DNA of 64,000 nt from Octopus sinensis (GCF_006345805.1 NC_043007.1:59768001-59832000), one strand, 5' to 3'. Counted from the first letter of the stretch, positions 12,420 to 26,873 are shown. Notes: generated from the letters alone by a model not told the origin. Translations and numbers: made by a program.

Positions 12420-12972
12420 GACTTACTTCGACCGAGAATCGAAACTATGACAAACAGGTACATAGTGTGAACTCATCAGGATAGATGACAGCGCTTTAAT
12501 CTAGGATATTCGATAGGAAGAAACAAAAACCGTTTAAAGTAAGCATTCATTTGAAACTGAGCGCTTAGAAAGGAAGATTTGCGCCGAAGCTAAGAAAATA
12601 TTCAGTCGGTTATAAACAGTGAAACGACGCTCATCATTGAAATAATAGGAAATTTCCTCTCTGCTATGCTAACCTTGACAACAATTAGAAACTGATATCT
12701 TTGCATAACTCATTATTTCACAGCTTTGGAATCACGTACACGTTGTTTTTAGAAACTACATATTGTGTTGAATTGAAAACAGGATATAAAGGAAGTCGAC
12801 TCTGTATGATGGTTAGGAACTGTTATTTAGCAGCTTACTGAAGAGTTTAAAGCGTTTAATTGTGGGCATGATCGAGAACAGGCTTAAGCAAGATATAGAG
12901 ACATATCTAACTGAGAACATTATTTACATTATTTACATTTGACGGATATTTTTCCTCATCTTGTTTGTTGTT

Positions 12973-13018
12973 AACACAACGTTTCGGCTGATATATCCTC
13001 CAGTATTCATCAGGTGTC
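12973..13018 (-). ncRNA. Minimal type I hammerhead motif, stem II partly degraded
   Basis: Minus strand: gacac-CUGAUGA-atactg...cagcc-GAAA-c-GUU-gtgtt with palindromic aacgtt stem III. Lies in a short repeat at ~12920-13075. Confidence 0.6.
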
Positions 13019-13570
13019 TTGGGGAAATTTCGAACCGGGGTTCTCATTCATAAGGTATTTTTCGATGTTATTATTATTATTATTATTATTCAGGTTACTG
13101 CCTGGAATCGAACTCAGAATCTTGGGGTTAGTAGCCCGCGCTCTTAACCACCACGCCACTAAATATAGAACTGTATTATCTAACTGAAAGTTTGTCTTCT
13201 GTTTAGGCGAGTCGCAAGATTTGCAACATTTGCAAACGTGCTAATTTGCTGCGTGTATATCACGTGACCGAAGCAGTTCAAGCCGTGGAATTTATTAGTT
13301 GAGGTTGATAGCATTGTGGTAGTTGGTACGCTGACACGATGTGTATTGCTTCACTACGTACGTTTCATCCATAGTCACATATCTGAAAAGATGTAAAATT
13401 TATTAAAATTTCGAAAACAAGTTGCTCAGTATTAGAGCTACAGAATCATGAAACACTGCGATAAAAATATTTTGCATTTTCATATTAATCCATTTAACAT
13501 TTGAAAGAAACGAACGAATTTATATGACAACACCATCCATCCATCCATCCATCTATCTATCTATCTAGCA

Positions 13571-13620
<50 letters not shown>

Positions 13621-13644
13621 ATATATATATATATATATATCTAC

Positions 13645-13734
<90 letters not shown>

Positions 13735-13757
13735 CCCCTTTTCTCCTTCTCTCCCTT

Positions 13758-13797
<40 letters not shown>

Positions 13798-13934
13798 AAC
13801 ACACACATACATATATATATCAATTTGGGTACGAACCTTGTAGTTTGGTTTATAAAGCCCGTCTACGGGTACCGACTAGAAGTTACAGTTAATATATTTA
13901 ATATATTACATGGCAATATTTCGGCAAGTAAAAA

Positions 13935-15010
13935 CAGCGAGCTAGCAGAATCGTTTGCACCCCAGGCAAAAATGTTTAGCAGTATTTCATCCGTCCTTAT
14001 GATCTGAGTTCAAATTTCACTGAGGTCGACTTTACCTTTCATCCTTTCAGAAGTCCATAAAATAAGCACCAGTTGAGTTACCCCGACTCCCGAAACTGCT
14101 GGCTGTGTGCCAAAATTTGAAATCAGTATTTCGGCAAATATCTGCTGATAAAGTGGAGACGAAACAAATGAAGTATGATGCAATAAAATATGTTCAATCT
14201 CTCTTTTTTACACATTTAAATACATACATACATGTATGTATGCATGTATGTATGTATGTATGTATGTATGTATGTATGTATGTATGTATGTATGTATGTA
14301 TGTATGTATGGTAAAGTTATATTCGCTCCGTCTTTATTTTCCAAGATTTCGATTTAAAATTATGTATTTGACGTTATTTTCGTTGTTTGTAATCTTTAGG
14401 TCTTAAATACCGCCCGAGGGTGCTTTCGCCTATTCACTGCATGAATAACCTCAGTTAATTGAAAAATTTCAACTCATCATATTACGCAAATGCAACCCTA
14501 ACTTAGTGAAATAAAGAGTCAGCTCTTAGACACGTCAGTAGAAAAACGCTAGGAAAAATAATACAAGGTGACTAGCTAGCAGAATTATTGGCATGTCGCG
14601 CAGAATACTTAGCGGTGTTTTGTCCGTCTTTACGTTCTGAGTTAAAATTCCACCGAGGTCGACTTTGAGGTTGATAAAATAAGTACCAGTAGGACACTGG
14701 GGTCAATATAATCGACTTACCCATTCTCCTAAAATTGCTGGCCTTGTGCTAAAATTTGAAACCAGTATTTAACAGCAATACAAGACGGTGAGCTGGCAGA
14801 CATGTTAGCATGCCCGGCAGTATGCATAGCTGTTTTTGTCCGTCTTGACGTTCTGAGTTCAAATTCCGCGGAGGTCGACTTTGTCTTTTCTCCACTTTAC
14901 CTTTTATCTTTTCGTGGTCGATAAAGTAAATACCACTTGAACACTCCGGGTCGATGTAATCTCATTCCCCCGAAACTGCTGGCCCTGTACCAAACTTTGG
15001 AACCTATACT
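13935..15010 (+). mobile_element. Three family A SINE copies (13935-14125, 14568-14770, 14785-15010)
   Basis: Each has the gagctggcaga head, gagttcaaattcc B box and gaggtcgacttt core. Confidence 0.75.
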
Positions 15011-15479
15011 TAAAATCAACAAGAAATAGAGATAATACCAGTAATGTTAAAAAGAAAAACGAAATTTATGTAGAAAAGCATGGATGTTGCCTTTAAAGTC
15101 ATATAGCAAAAACAACACAGAACCTCAGTTAAGGGTAATATGCTTCGCTGATATGATTTAATAAAGTCGAAACATGTTCATTGCATTCACCAGTTGATTT
15201 TAAAAACACGATCATCTCCTTTCTCCTCCTCTTTAATTTCTCATATCTTCTATTTGCTGAATCTATTTGTTTTATCTCCCTTGGATCTTGCTTTTAAAAT
15301 TTAAAAATTCTCTGCAGCGAGTTTTGTCTTCTGACAGCGCGAAAGGTTCCCTCTGTATATAATACATGTAAGATCCTACCCTAGGTTTATTTAGTATGCA
15401 GAAGATTTCCTCCAACTGTTTCTCCTCATCATTTTGTCTTTCATTGTATTGCTCAACATTTACTGCAAGAAACCGACTG

Positions 15480-17240
15480 TCCAGTTATGAGGGTTCGACA
15501 ATTTTGACCGAACGGGCGTATTTTTTTTTTGCTCGCTGTATCACTGTGTAATCTGCTTGAATCGTATTTAATTCTTGTGTGTTTTTTTGCAGTTTCTTTA
15601 ATTCAACCACGCTTAGCAGTTGACGCCATGCGGAAACTAGTAGGGGCAACTTACCAACAATGAATCTGATGGACAAACTAATAGAAAACACCGCCCACTT
15701 ACCAGAAGTGTACGATGAAGCTTTCCCACCTCTCACTCATGGAGAAAGAGAGAGAGAGAGAGAGAGAGGAGGAGGAGGAAAACCCAGTGATACAAAGCAA
15801 ACTACAAGTAGTCCGAATTCTATCACTATGACTTACAACCGAAAACTACAAGAAATGAAAGCCGCGGCTTTGCGTCTGCAGCCGAAATCAACCAAGAGAC
15901 TATAAACCTGGACGTGGAAAACTTGAAAAAAGTTCAAATGCCTGTTACAGAGAGAAGGCACGAACATTAACCTAACGCCTTCCAGCTAGATAATGCAACT
16001 ATTATTTTTGAAAAACTATAATTTTTAAAAATTTGTCACTCAAAACAGACATACAAACAAACAAACAAAAAAGAACGGATGCCAAAAGAAAGTATCGAAA
16101 AAGGTCTACAGCCCATATGAGGTAAAAGAAAAAAACTTATGTAGCAAGGAAGATAAAATACGGTACTGAAGAAGGAGCAAATGAACACTCCACAGTGCCT
16201 TTGGAGATGAGTTGGTGCCGCTACCCACGTACATGGGTCGAGATACTTCAAAAATAAAAATAGGGGAGGTCCCACCGGAAATTTATGTGGTGTGGCTTGT
16301 GGAAGCCGTACTTCTGAACCTGGAGGTTAGAGTCACTATCCTTCAACCCACCAGGCTACACCAACAGAACTGCGGGGCTAAGGTCTGGAGCTAATAATCC
16401 AGGCCACGCAGAGGAACGTGGAAGAAATACCACAGTAAGTAATACTACCGGACGAGACCATAGTAAGAGTCATTGTGGAATCAAGAAGTGCAAGGTGCTT
16501 TAAGTGTGACCAAAAGGGCCACATAAAAATCACGCGCCTACAGATCCTACAACCAGAAGTACCCCTCCACCTAGTAACCCACCACTGTCTGACGACCCGA
16601 AAGAAAACAAGAAGGAGCCAACCAGCACCGCGACGAAACAATACATCAACCCACCACAAACTGTCGACCCGAAGAAAGAAAGAAGAAAGTCAAGTAGCAC
16701 CACAATAGAATAACCCACCACAGACTGAGAAAGAAAAGAAAGAAGTCGACCAACAACACGATAAAGCAGCCTACGTCAAAGGTGTCACAGGGGGGAGTGG
16801 AGAACACCAAGAAGGACACCCAAAGGAACCACCACCAACCTTGTTCGAGGAGAGCGACGATGGATGGACAATGGTCAGAAAAAGACGTAAAATGAAAGAT
16901 ACGCCTCTCGCACTCACATAAATGACCACCAAAGACAACCAAATACCAGCATCCACAATATACACACACAAACCACAAACATGTTACTTGGTTACCTCAA
17001 ACAAAAAAGCCATCAAAAGTAAAGACAACTAAAAATCTGCACTCATACCATACATATACAAACACAAACATCCTACTCATTTTTCCCATACTAAGCCACA
17101 TATAAGTCATTCACACAAGAGATATTACCGCCAGCAACACCGGGGAAAAATAGACCACCCTAGCTAAACATACACACAGAAATTCACGTGTTACCCCATG
17201 ATTAGTCCCTGCCGAACACCAGCGAACTCCAGCGAACTCA
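15480..17240 (+). mobile_element. Degraded gag/ORF1-like retroelement with CCHC zinc knuckle (L1/Tx1 ORF1-like), no ORF2 seen
   Basis: Broken frames KIKIGEVPPEIYVVWLVEAVL and VIVESRSARCFKCDQKGHIK, a basic/Pro-rich tail, and an A/C-rich sense strand. Confidence 0.6.
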
Positions 17241-17244
17241 AAAA

Positions 17245-17574
17245 ACAATCCAATGTTCTTTTTCATCAGTTGTTACACGTCATTTAATCATATGTTGATT
17301 CAACCCATTTTGTCTGGCCTGTACTGTGAATGAAGAGTGTATGCCTTGCTACATGTGTAAGTGAGATGATTGAATGTGAATACCAGTAATTCTAAAACAA
17401 GATCAAAAGACAATGTGACATTCCTTTTTCATCAAGTGTTATATGTTATCTAATCATATGTTGCTCCAACCCATTTTGTTTGTTCTGATTTGTGAATGAA
17501 TAGTATATTGTGTATGCCTCGTTACGTGTGTGAGATGACTTGAACGTAAGTACCAGTAATTCTAAAAGAAGACC
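17245..17574. repeat. Diverged ~165 bp tandem duplication
   Basis: tttttcatca..taatcatatgttg..caacccattttg..taccagtaattctaaaa occurs twice. Confidence 0.8.
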
Positions 17575-17699
17575 AGTAATGATGCGTGGTTTGTGGGGTT
17601 CCCTGTGTCCATCACTCTATTTTCATCATTTCCACTCTTTCATCATCCATACGCTATTTTGACCCCCATGTGTTGTCTGCCCTGTATTGTCCCTCTATG

Positions 17700-17970
17700 T
17701 CGGCCCTAGTAGCAAGTAAAGAATTAAATTTCTTACCGAACAACCACACAGATGATTTGTTTATAGTGATCAAAGGTTTGTGTAGATATAAGCTCAATCC
17801 CTCCATCAGATCAACATTACCTGTACACGTGCAACGGGTGCCACATGTCAGAAGTCGAAATGATCGCAGAGCAACGTGGAATGAAGTGCTTTGCTCAAGA
17901 ACACAACGCAACGCCTGGTCTGGGAATCGAACCCACGATCTCTCAATCGTGAGTGCAACACCTTAACCAC
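17700..17970 (-). mobile_element. SINE family B
   Basis: gagcaacgtggaatgaagtgctttgctcaagaacacaacgc...ggaatcgaacccacgatc. Confidence 0.75.
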
Positions 17971-18318
17971 TATACATACATACATAATACATACATACAT
18001 ACATACATACATACATACATACATACATACATACATACAGATAGATAGATAGATAGATAATTTATTTATACACACACATACACACACACATATATACATA
18101 TATGTGTATGTGTTTCTCTCTGATCCTACCACCCCTTCTCTTTATATTCACACATATACATACATTATATATATTACATAATATATGTGTATATGTCTGT
18201 GTGTATCTGTGTATATTTGTATGAATGTATGCATGCATGTATGTATGTGTGTACGTAAGTTTCCTTCTCTCTCTCTCTCTATCTATCTATTATGTTTCTT
18301 TCTTTCTACTTTGGTTAG

Positions 18319-18445
18319 TTAATTTAGTGTCCAATTAAAAATATTGTAACTGAAACCTATAAGTGGGACAGCTAGAGTGTTGATACCTATTATCTTGCTA
18401 TTCGCACTGAGCTCTGTTTTAAGTATTAATCTAATTCGTCTATCA
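18319..18445 (-). pseudogene. R4/Dong-clade non-LTR RT C-terminal fragment
   Basis: RRIRLILKTELSANSKIIGINTLAVPLIGFSYNIFNWT resembles the R4/Dong RT thumb region and abuts (ATC)n/(ATT)n. Confidence 0.65.
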
Positions 18446-18446
18446 T

Positions 18447-18490
<44 letters not shown>

Positions 18491-19208
18491 CCATTATTAT
18501 TATTGTATTTTATTTCATTTTTATGATCTTTAACAAGACACAAGAAGAGTAGTAGTATTAGGATTACGATTGAAACTAAAATATTCGATTTTGATTTAAA
18601 GTACTCTGTTTAGAAGTTTGTTACATTTTCTTGATGAGTGACAGCAAATATAACCAACAGTCACAGATCATGTGATTGTCTAAGTTCTTGTTTAGGACAA
18701 GTCAAACCTAACCGAGCAGCTTTATGACAAAAGGCATTCCATCCACGACTATCCCGACTTTTCCGGCATAGTGTAGCTTAGACTACATTATGCAAGTGCA
18801 CTCTTTTAACACGAAGGACTGTGATATAAAGGTTTGGCTGCTTTTTCTAGGAGACCGGTGCCTGGATAGCCAGTGATGGTGTAGACGTAATAGCGTAATT
18901 ACAGTAATATTGCAATTTTGATAGCAGACTATTCTCTCAGTTTTTGGCTTTGTCTTTCCCTGCTTTTTTTTATTTCTTTGTCTTTCTGTCGGCTCTTCTC
19001 TTGCTCTAAACCTCACTTATTCTCTTTTCCTCTCGTCTGTTTACTGACTGATGTAGGTTTGGCAAATATATCGTTCTTTATGAATTTCTCGTGGGTAATT
19101 TTACAAAGTTCTATTCACATCCTTGGGCAGAAACTTGGACGTCAATATTTGTCAGTATCGCCCCTCCTTCACCAATAAAATGGATAGGACACATAACATA
19201 ATGTATTC

Positions 19209-19266
<58 letters not shown>

Positions 19267-19689
19267 TGAATAAATAATAATCATCAAAGAACAGTATGAT
19301 CATAGCTGGAATGTCTTTGATTATAAGAATGCCAGAGTTGACTTTAGGCTAAAGAATGACGGCATCTGTCGCGGTTGCACTGCCAACAGTGTAGTAACTG
19401 TTTACCGAACAATTATTTTAAGCAACGGAACTTCTACAAATTCTGTTTTGCAAGTCATTTACTTACACTGTTTTGCAAACATCAATTAATTCCATTTCTC
19501 TATTCTTTGAATAGAGAAATGTGTACAAAAAGAGAATAATTAATCCAATCCTTTATAAATGCAATGCATTGATATCAATTGTTCTCTAAACAGTTGCTTA
19601 TTTTATAACAACTCGTTAGTTCTGTGTCCTTTCCAATGGATTTCATGAAGTGTTTCGCGATGTAATTTTACGTTATATTATTTTATCGT

Positions 19690-19805
19690 AATGTCGAAAG
19701 ATCATTTTATGTTGTAGATGCTTAGTCTGCCTGCTCTACAGACTTGTATTTGTCTGTCCTGTGTATTTTCACGACAAAAGCTACTTTAAATATATAAATG
19801 GCAGT
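19690..19805 (-). pseudogene. Degraded PLE GIY-YIG endonuclease fragment
   Basis: With two frameshifts: AIYIFK-(C)SFCRE-KYTGQTNTSL*SRQTKHLQ, matching the xIY..CxxC..YxGQT..L..R..H pattern. Confidence 0.55.
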
Positions 19806-20119
19806 AGTAGCATACAAAGCTTTATTTAAAACTTTTGGCTTGGAAGATTATCTTTATTTTTGACATTTCGAAGTCTCCCTTCATCGTTAGATCGAGTATG
19901 TTGTAAGTAGACATCGTATGAAAGGAGTTGTACTCCCAAGGCGAATTAAGAATGAATTTATACATAATTGTTTTGATTATCACTGTTTTATGCGACCATA
20001 ATTATTTAATATTAACTTGCCAGACAATAGTATGTATCAGTAAATGATTTGTTTGCTGGAGTCTATAAAGAAGAACCACCAATCTTGTTTAGATTTAGCG
20101 ATTCGAAGGTAGCTTTGAC

Positions 20120-20160
20120 TGACTGAAGAGACACGATTAAGTCGAAACACTGGTGTTTCA
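20120..20160 (+). ncRNA. Type I hammerhead motif with intact core
   Basis: tga-CUGAAGA-gac(acgattaa)gtc-GAAA-cac(tg)gtg-UU-tca. Lies between diverged direct repeats at ~19880-20000 and ~20170-20350. Confidence 0.65.
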
Positions 20161-21589
20161 ATGTTCTCTCACATCACTGAATCGAGTATGTTGTGTATGT
20201 TGTCAATAGACATCGTCAGAAAGGAGAAGTTGTTCTCCGAAGGCGAAATATAACATTGATTAGATTATTCCCGATCAAATCTCCTGGAACACGTTAAAAA
20301 TAAATGTACACATCTTGTTTTGATTCTCACTGTTTTACTTGCTCATAATAACTTGTTGAAATATATTACTGTTAACTTACTTCTTATCAATGATATTTGC
20401 ACTTTTAATATTATATTCTACGAATTTAAATAATATTGACATATGTCTATTTAGCCTTTTCTTGCCCGTTTAAATCTAAAGGGGAAAATCTGAAATAAAC
20501 TCCAGTCACAGATATGGCGGATTGATTGAGGAAGATTTAAATTTGCATCTTTCCTCGCTCTACAGTAACTGCTCAAACAGAAGATTTAGCACAAAACAAC
20601 ACCGATGCTGGATGAGGCGGTGATGTTACTGCGAGACTTTCGGTTAAAAAGGAAAGAAAAAAGAAAAAGGAAAAACAGCTACCACTGGTCTTAGATTAAT
20701 CTTTTCAACCTTTAGACACACATCCAAAATGCTAAAATGCTTTTACATTATTTCAGCTCAAATTTGTATATTGATTGTTAAGAACTATTTTGAGTTAAAA
20801 CCTTCAATTACACACAGAATAACAATAACAACAACATTAACAACAACGCCAAAAAGTCGATAAAAGACAAAAACGAGCAAAACAAAACAAACAACAAGCG
20901 GAAAGAAGCAAAGCTCAATTCTATATATGAGAAAAGTCAATTTTATCGAGAACTTCAAATCAGTACACCATTGAAAATGTCAGTGTAACCTATCTGGAAG
21001 GAATTTCACTTTAGGAAATAAAATAAAAATAAAATAATGAAGAAAAAAAGAAAGACAAAGAAGAAAAGGGAGAAGAATTATAATTGAAGTTGTACAGAAG
21101 CTGTAATACAGCTCTTAGCAAAGACATCAAGCTTGTTTGATTTGTTCAGTGGTTTCATATCTGCGGAGCTAATATCGACGATTTACATGCAGAAAGTGGG
21201 GAAACACTGACGAACCTTGAAATCGAACACGCAATATGGTTTCCATTTTTTTTTTTCTTTTTGTGTTCAATTTAATTAATTTCTATCTCTTGTTATGTCA
21301 TTAGAACAAGCATGAATGTCACAACTTCTGTATCATCTCTCTCTATTAAAATTTGAAGTAGAGTTGGAGTAGAACACACAACACTCAGCTACCTTCCGCA
21401 AAAATCAATACAGGAAAATGAAGCCATCATTGAGGATACACAGTACGGCACTATGAAGTGTTACGTGACATTTTCATCTTATTCTATTTTTTTAAGAATG
21501 GTCGTTTACAATTTACGTGAGTAGTGTAGAGTTCAGACGCATTCCCGGTGAATGTGTTCCTTATTGTTTACAGATAGCCATAATTTCAT

Positions 21590-21790
21590 TTTAGTTTTTA
21601 TCACAAGGTTAGCAATTTTGTGTGAGTGGAGGAAAGTTGATTATATCGGCCCAGTGTTCAACTGGTATTTATTTTATCGACCCGCATGAGGATGAAAGGC
21701 AAAAATCGAACTCGGCGGAATTTGAACTCAGTACGTAAATAAATATGGCAAAGCATTTATTTTCCTCCTTTGACACTCAAACAATTCTGC
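21590..21790 (-). mobile_element. SINE family A
   Basis: actggtatttattttatcgaccc..ggatgaaaggcaaa..cggcggaatttgaactcag. Confidence 0.7.
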
Positions 21791-22209
21791 CATCTTTAAG
21801 CAGGGAACAATAATTAATGAGGTAAAACTGTAAAATCTGAAGAAATTGGTAATGGTCTGTGTCGATAAAAAGTAAGACAAACTGGTCAGAAAGGGAAATA
21901 AACTGTAAGCCGTGGAAAAGAAGAGAAATTTAAGGTTTCGAGTAGAAACTTCGCGGAGAAGGAAGAATGTTTGCTTGTGTCGATGGATAAATAAATTAGA
22001 AGTAGTTGAGGAGAATGGCAGGAAGCTAAGGTAGGGACAAGGAAAAGTAGCAAGAGTTCATAGAGATGGGTGCTGTGAAAGCCAGGAGAGGGAAAAAGAA
22101 AAAAAAAACAATATTAAAGGAGTGCCAGCAGACTCAAAAAACATAGATGAGGTAAGAAGGAAACACTATGCTCACATCTACACGCACAGAGACAAGAACA
22201 CACACACAC

Positions 22210-22310
<101 letters not shown>

Positions 22311-23277
22311 TGTACATATTGTGGGTGATATATTCGAGATTTCTCCGTACCGTTCTATTTGTTCACAATTTTCTTTTTGTTATATTTCCAATTAATTTAA
22401 TTAATGAATACTTACAATGATAAAAGAATCTCGTTTTTAAATTAGTTGAGTTGTGTTCATTGAAGCACATGCGCATCTAAACACACACACGCTCACGCAC
22501 ACATATACGGACACACATAAATATACGTATGTGTGTGTATGTGTGTGCATATATATATACACACATACATACACATACATTTATATACACTTATTTGTAG
22601 ACACACATACATGTTTGTAATCAAACACGTAATCATCATACCGGCATCTTTTTACTATATTTGTTCAACGTATAAGTGTACGTTGTGTGCGTGTGCGTGT
22701 GTATGTGTGTAGTTGTGTGAGCGTGAGTATACATACGTATATATGCACACATATACATACATAAATATATACATGCATAAATATATACATAAATATATGC
22801 ATCATATAGTCATTTCTCTATACCTTGGCTTTAGTTAATAATTTATAGTACATTTATTCTTTTTACACTTCTTTCTGCCTGGCTTCGAACTTTGGTACAT
22901 TCTACCTTCCGAATTCTGTTCTAGATTTTACCTCTTTTTTCCTCCTTCTTGACCCAGCTCTCATCATCACTTAGAAGGACGTGTCGCTCACTTCCCATAC
23001 AATACTTTTATCATTTACTTGCATCAGTATTTTTGTCTATCTTTCGTCACTTTCTGACAAAGTACAATATTCCGAATCGTCCGATAATTCCCTTCTTGCA
23101 GTAACCGAACTAATCGTGCTACTTCTTAATAAAACTAGAGAGCAATAGATAATGTGACTTGACACGTTCTTTTCTTTTACTCATTAAGCTCATGAGCGCA
23201 CACTTGCTCGTGCATTCACGCACGCACACACGCACACACACATATACACACATATATATGTGTGTGTGTGTGTGTGT

Positions 23278-23545
23278 GGTCGCATAGCTTAATGGTTAAG
23301 GCATTCGACTCACGCGTTGTGTGCTTGAGCAAGACACTATATTTCACGTTGCTCCAGTTCACTCAGCTGCAATACTTGTATTTCAAAGGGCCAACCTTGT
23401 CACACCCTGTGCCACACTGAATCTCCCTGAGAAGTACGTTAAAGGTACACGTGTCTGTCGAGTGCTCAACCACTTGCACTTTCCAGTTTGATAAGAGCCA
23501 ACGCATGAAACACTCAGCCCTTGAATCACCCTGTAGCTTCTGCTA
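23278..23545 (+). mobile_element. SINE family B, internally deleted
   Basis: cgcgttgtgtgcttgagcaagacactatatttcacgttgctccag, with body matching 36355-36675. Confidence 0.75.
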
Positions 23546-23655
23546 AATATTAATAAAAAATATACATACAACTCATATTTTGAGTTCTATTTTTCCTGTT
23601 TGCATCACCATACCTCTCTCTCTCTCTCTCTCTCTCTATGCATACTGATACATAC

Positions 23656-23694
<39 letters not shown>

Positions 23695-23723
23695 GGGGTG
23701 TATATATATGTGGGGTGTGTATG

Positions 23724-23766
<43 letters not shown>

Positions 23767-24002
23767 CAACAGTAAGTTTGTATATGTATATGTGTGTGTA
23801 TATATATATGTATATATGTACATACATACACACAAATAGATACATTGATACATTAATACATACATATATACATACATACATAAGTTTGTGTATGTGTATG
23901 TGTGTTTATAAACAATAAAGTAGAACTCAACAGAGTGGAATTTATGTATATACATGGAATTTTTGGAATGTATGTATATACTAGGAATCAGTTAATCATT
24001 CG

Positions 24003-24848
24003 CGCCATTGCTACTCAGAGTTTCACGTGTGCTGTACAGCAACGATCTCTCAGGCAATGTGTAGTCATGTAGAAAGTGCGTTCAAAAAGAATCCGACTTT
24101 GTTTTTACCCGCCAAAGCTAAGCTGCGGAGGAAACCCCGTTGGGTGAGAAATGACGCCATCCTTCTCCTGTATATGCCAATATTTTCGTGCCGATTAGCC
24201 GCATCAGTAACCGGTGGTTATGCTTACAGTACAGACGTGTAGTGTGCGCTCGTCGGATTTTCATTTTCACCGAACACAGAGATATTGCATCAAGTTTTGC
24301 CAAAAGTTTGGTGAGACTCCAGCTGAAACCATCCGGAAGATTCAGCAGGCCTTCGGCGATGATGTCAAGGGCAAAACTCAGATCAAAGAGTGGTACAACC
24401 GCTTCAAATATGGCTGCACCTCAATGGAGAGCAAGTGCATTCCATTTTAACGGCGGATTTGTGCATGCTGGGAGTATCGGTGAAATTCGCCCCCAAAATG
24501 TTGGCAGACCACTAGAAGCATCTCAGCATGGAAATCGCTCTGAACATGCTGGACTGTGCAAACCACGACCCATACTTCATGAAGACTATCATCACTGGTG
24601 ATAAGACTTAGGTTTCTGGTCACTCACGATGCATTCGGTCACCTTGGACGAAAACGCAAATTCTTCGAGCGCACACTACACGTCTGTACGCTAGGCGTAA
24701 CAGCCCGGAACTGACGGGGCCGGCCGGCACGAAAATGTTCACGCCTGCACAGGAAGGGTGATGTCACCTGTCACTCAAATAATATTTCCTTCACGGCATT
24801 GGTTTTGGCAGGAAAAAATAAGTCGGATATTTCTTTGAATGCACATCA
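24003..24848 (+). mobile_element. Internally deleted mariner transposon
   Basis: QRYCIKFCQKFGETPAETIRKIQQAFGDD..KTQIKEWYNRFKYG (mariner HTH), FMKTIITGDKT (first-D motif), and a mariner-like 3' end followed by TA. Confidence 0.8.
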
Positions 24849-24969
24849 TATACATATATTGATTTCGCCTTCTTTTATGCTACTCTCAACGTTACAAATT
24901 GGCCTGATACACATTCATATCAATTACTCTCTCTTCATTATATGTGTGTGTGTGTGTACAAACGTACAT

Positions 24970-25004
<35 letters not shown>

Positions 25005-25755
25005 GGTTTGATGATGCAAACAGGAAAACAGGACTCAAAACATATGCGCGTATACTCGCATATAGTTTTTCATTAATCGGCAGAAGTTACAAGGGCTGAG
25101 AGTTTCGTCCATTGATGAACACACATATGTGTGTGTGTGTGTGTGTAAGAATGAATGTGTTAGCACTAACAAGGGGCGAAGAAAGAGAGGAAAGAGCGTA
25201 GATAGAAATCGAAATGGGAGATCATTCGATTGAAAATCAGATCGATAGATTAGTGTTTCTCTTCCGAATTCAATGATTTTTCGTATTTCTTAAAAAATAT
25301 ATAAACGAAAATGTTTCTAACTTCTTCAAAAATATTTTCCCTCAGAATTTTAGTTTTAATATTGTAGTTTTTTAAAAATTTTTTAGAAGCAAAACGAACA
25401 GCAAAACGAAAAGCAAAAAAGAATAAAAAAACGGCGGAAGAAAAGTAGACGGGAGTATGAAAGAAAGATGAAATAACAAAGTTGATAGAAGATGTACGTA
25501 TGTGTAAAGAATGGCACGTTGGAATAAAGAGAGAGGGAGAAAGAGAGAGAGGAGGGAGAGAGGGAGAGAGAGATGGATGGAGAGGTAGAGAGACAGATCA
25601 ACGAACAGACAAACAGAGAGAGAGAGAAGAGAGAGTGGAAAGAGAGCGAGAAGCTTAAGAAGAAGCGTTTCGTTATGATCTATTTCTGTTTTATTGATCG
25701 CAAAGCTTTTTAAGAATACACCAGACTTCGTCAAACGACTCCGCACCTCGCCATT

Positions 25756-26115
25756 GGTTGTTGTTGTTGTTGTTGTTGTTGTTGCTGTTGTTGTTATGAT
25801 TGTTGTTGTTATCATCGCCGTTTGTGTAACAATTTTTGTCATGATTATGATTATTATTGTTGTTGAATATTGTTGTTGCTAATGCTATCACTTCTATTGG
25901 TATATGCTGTTCGTATGCTGTTCGTTATTGTTGTTGCTAATGTCGTTGTTGCTAGTGTTATTGCTGTCGCTTTTGTTATTCTTGTTGTGCTGCTCCTGCT
26001 GCAGTTGTTGTTATATTTGTTGTTGCTATCATTGCTGTCGTTGTTGTTGTTGTTGTTGTTGTTGTTGCTGTTGCTTGTGCTGCTGCTAATGTTGCTGCTG
26101 CTGTTGCTGTTGTTT
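25756..26115. repeat. Degenerate (TTG/CTG)n trinucleotide tract
   Basis: Direct inspection. Confidence 0.9.
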
Positions 26116-26189
26116 ACATTTAACATTAGCTGAAGTTCGCTCTGTTGATTCGCCTTTGTCGCTATCGAAAGTATGCCGTTATTTACCCA

Positions 26190-26244
<55 letters not shown>

Positions 26245-26788
26245 TTTCATAAACACATTCACATACAGAGACGAAACATGCACATATCTATACACATATA
26301 CTCAGATATACAAATACATAACACTACACAGCTCTATTGAATGCATGAATTAGCAAACACGAGTGCCTGATTGTACGCGTGTGTGTGCATGTGTATGTGT
26401 GTGTGTGTGTGTGTGGTGTGTGTGTGTGTGTGTGTGTGTTTGTGTGTGTATGCACGTGTGCGATAACTGTGTCGTTTTCTGATTGTGTGTGTATGTGTGT
26501 GCGTGTAAGAGGGTGCGGGAGCGATGTGCATATGCAACATCTGTCAGATACTTGGCGATGGCCATGTTCTGTGACTGCTTCCTTTTACTGTGAAAGATGA
26601 ACAAATAGGAGAAGAGGTTAATATTTATATTGGAGTTCTATTTAGAAGACAGCTATCATTATTGAGAAGTTACTTCAAACACTATTTTAAGCATTCTTTC
26701 TCACTCTCTCCTTTCTTTCTCTCTTCCTCTATTCTCTTTCTCTCTCTCTCTCATTTTCTTTCTTTCTCTGGCTCTCCCTCTATATATG

Positions 26789-26873
<85 letters not shown>

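Noticed and set aside
12833-12889. gctta-CUGAAGA...taagc possible hammerhead
   Set aside because: No GAAA, no UH triplet and no convincing stem II.
15141-15186. HHR-like CUGAUAU..gattt/aagtc..GAAAcatgtt
   Set aside because: G8/A9 are missing and stem I is poorly paired. At best a decayed remnant.
20460-21560. Repeat-free island, also 7260-7560 and 25372-25842, as host exons
   Set aside because: Only short frames with no recognisable homology or consistent splice pairs.
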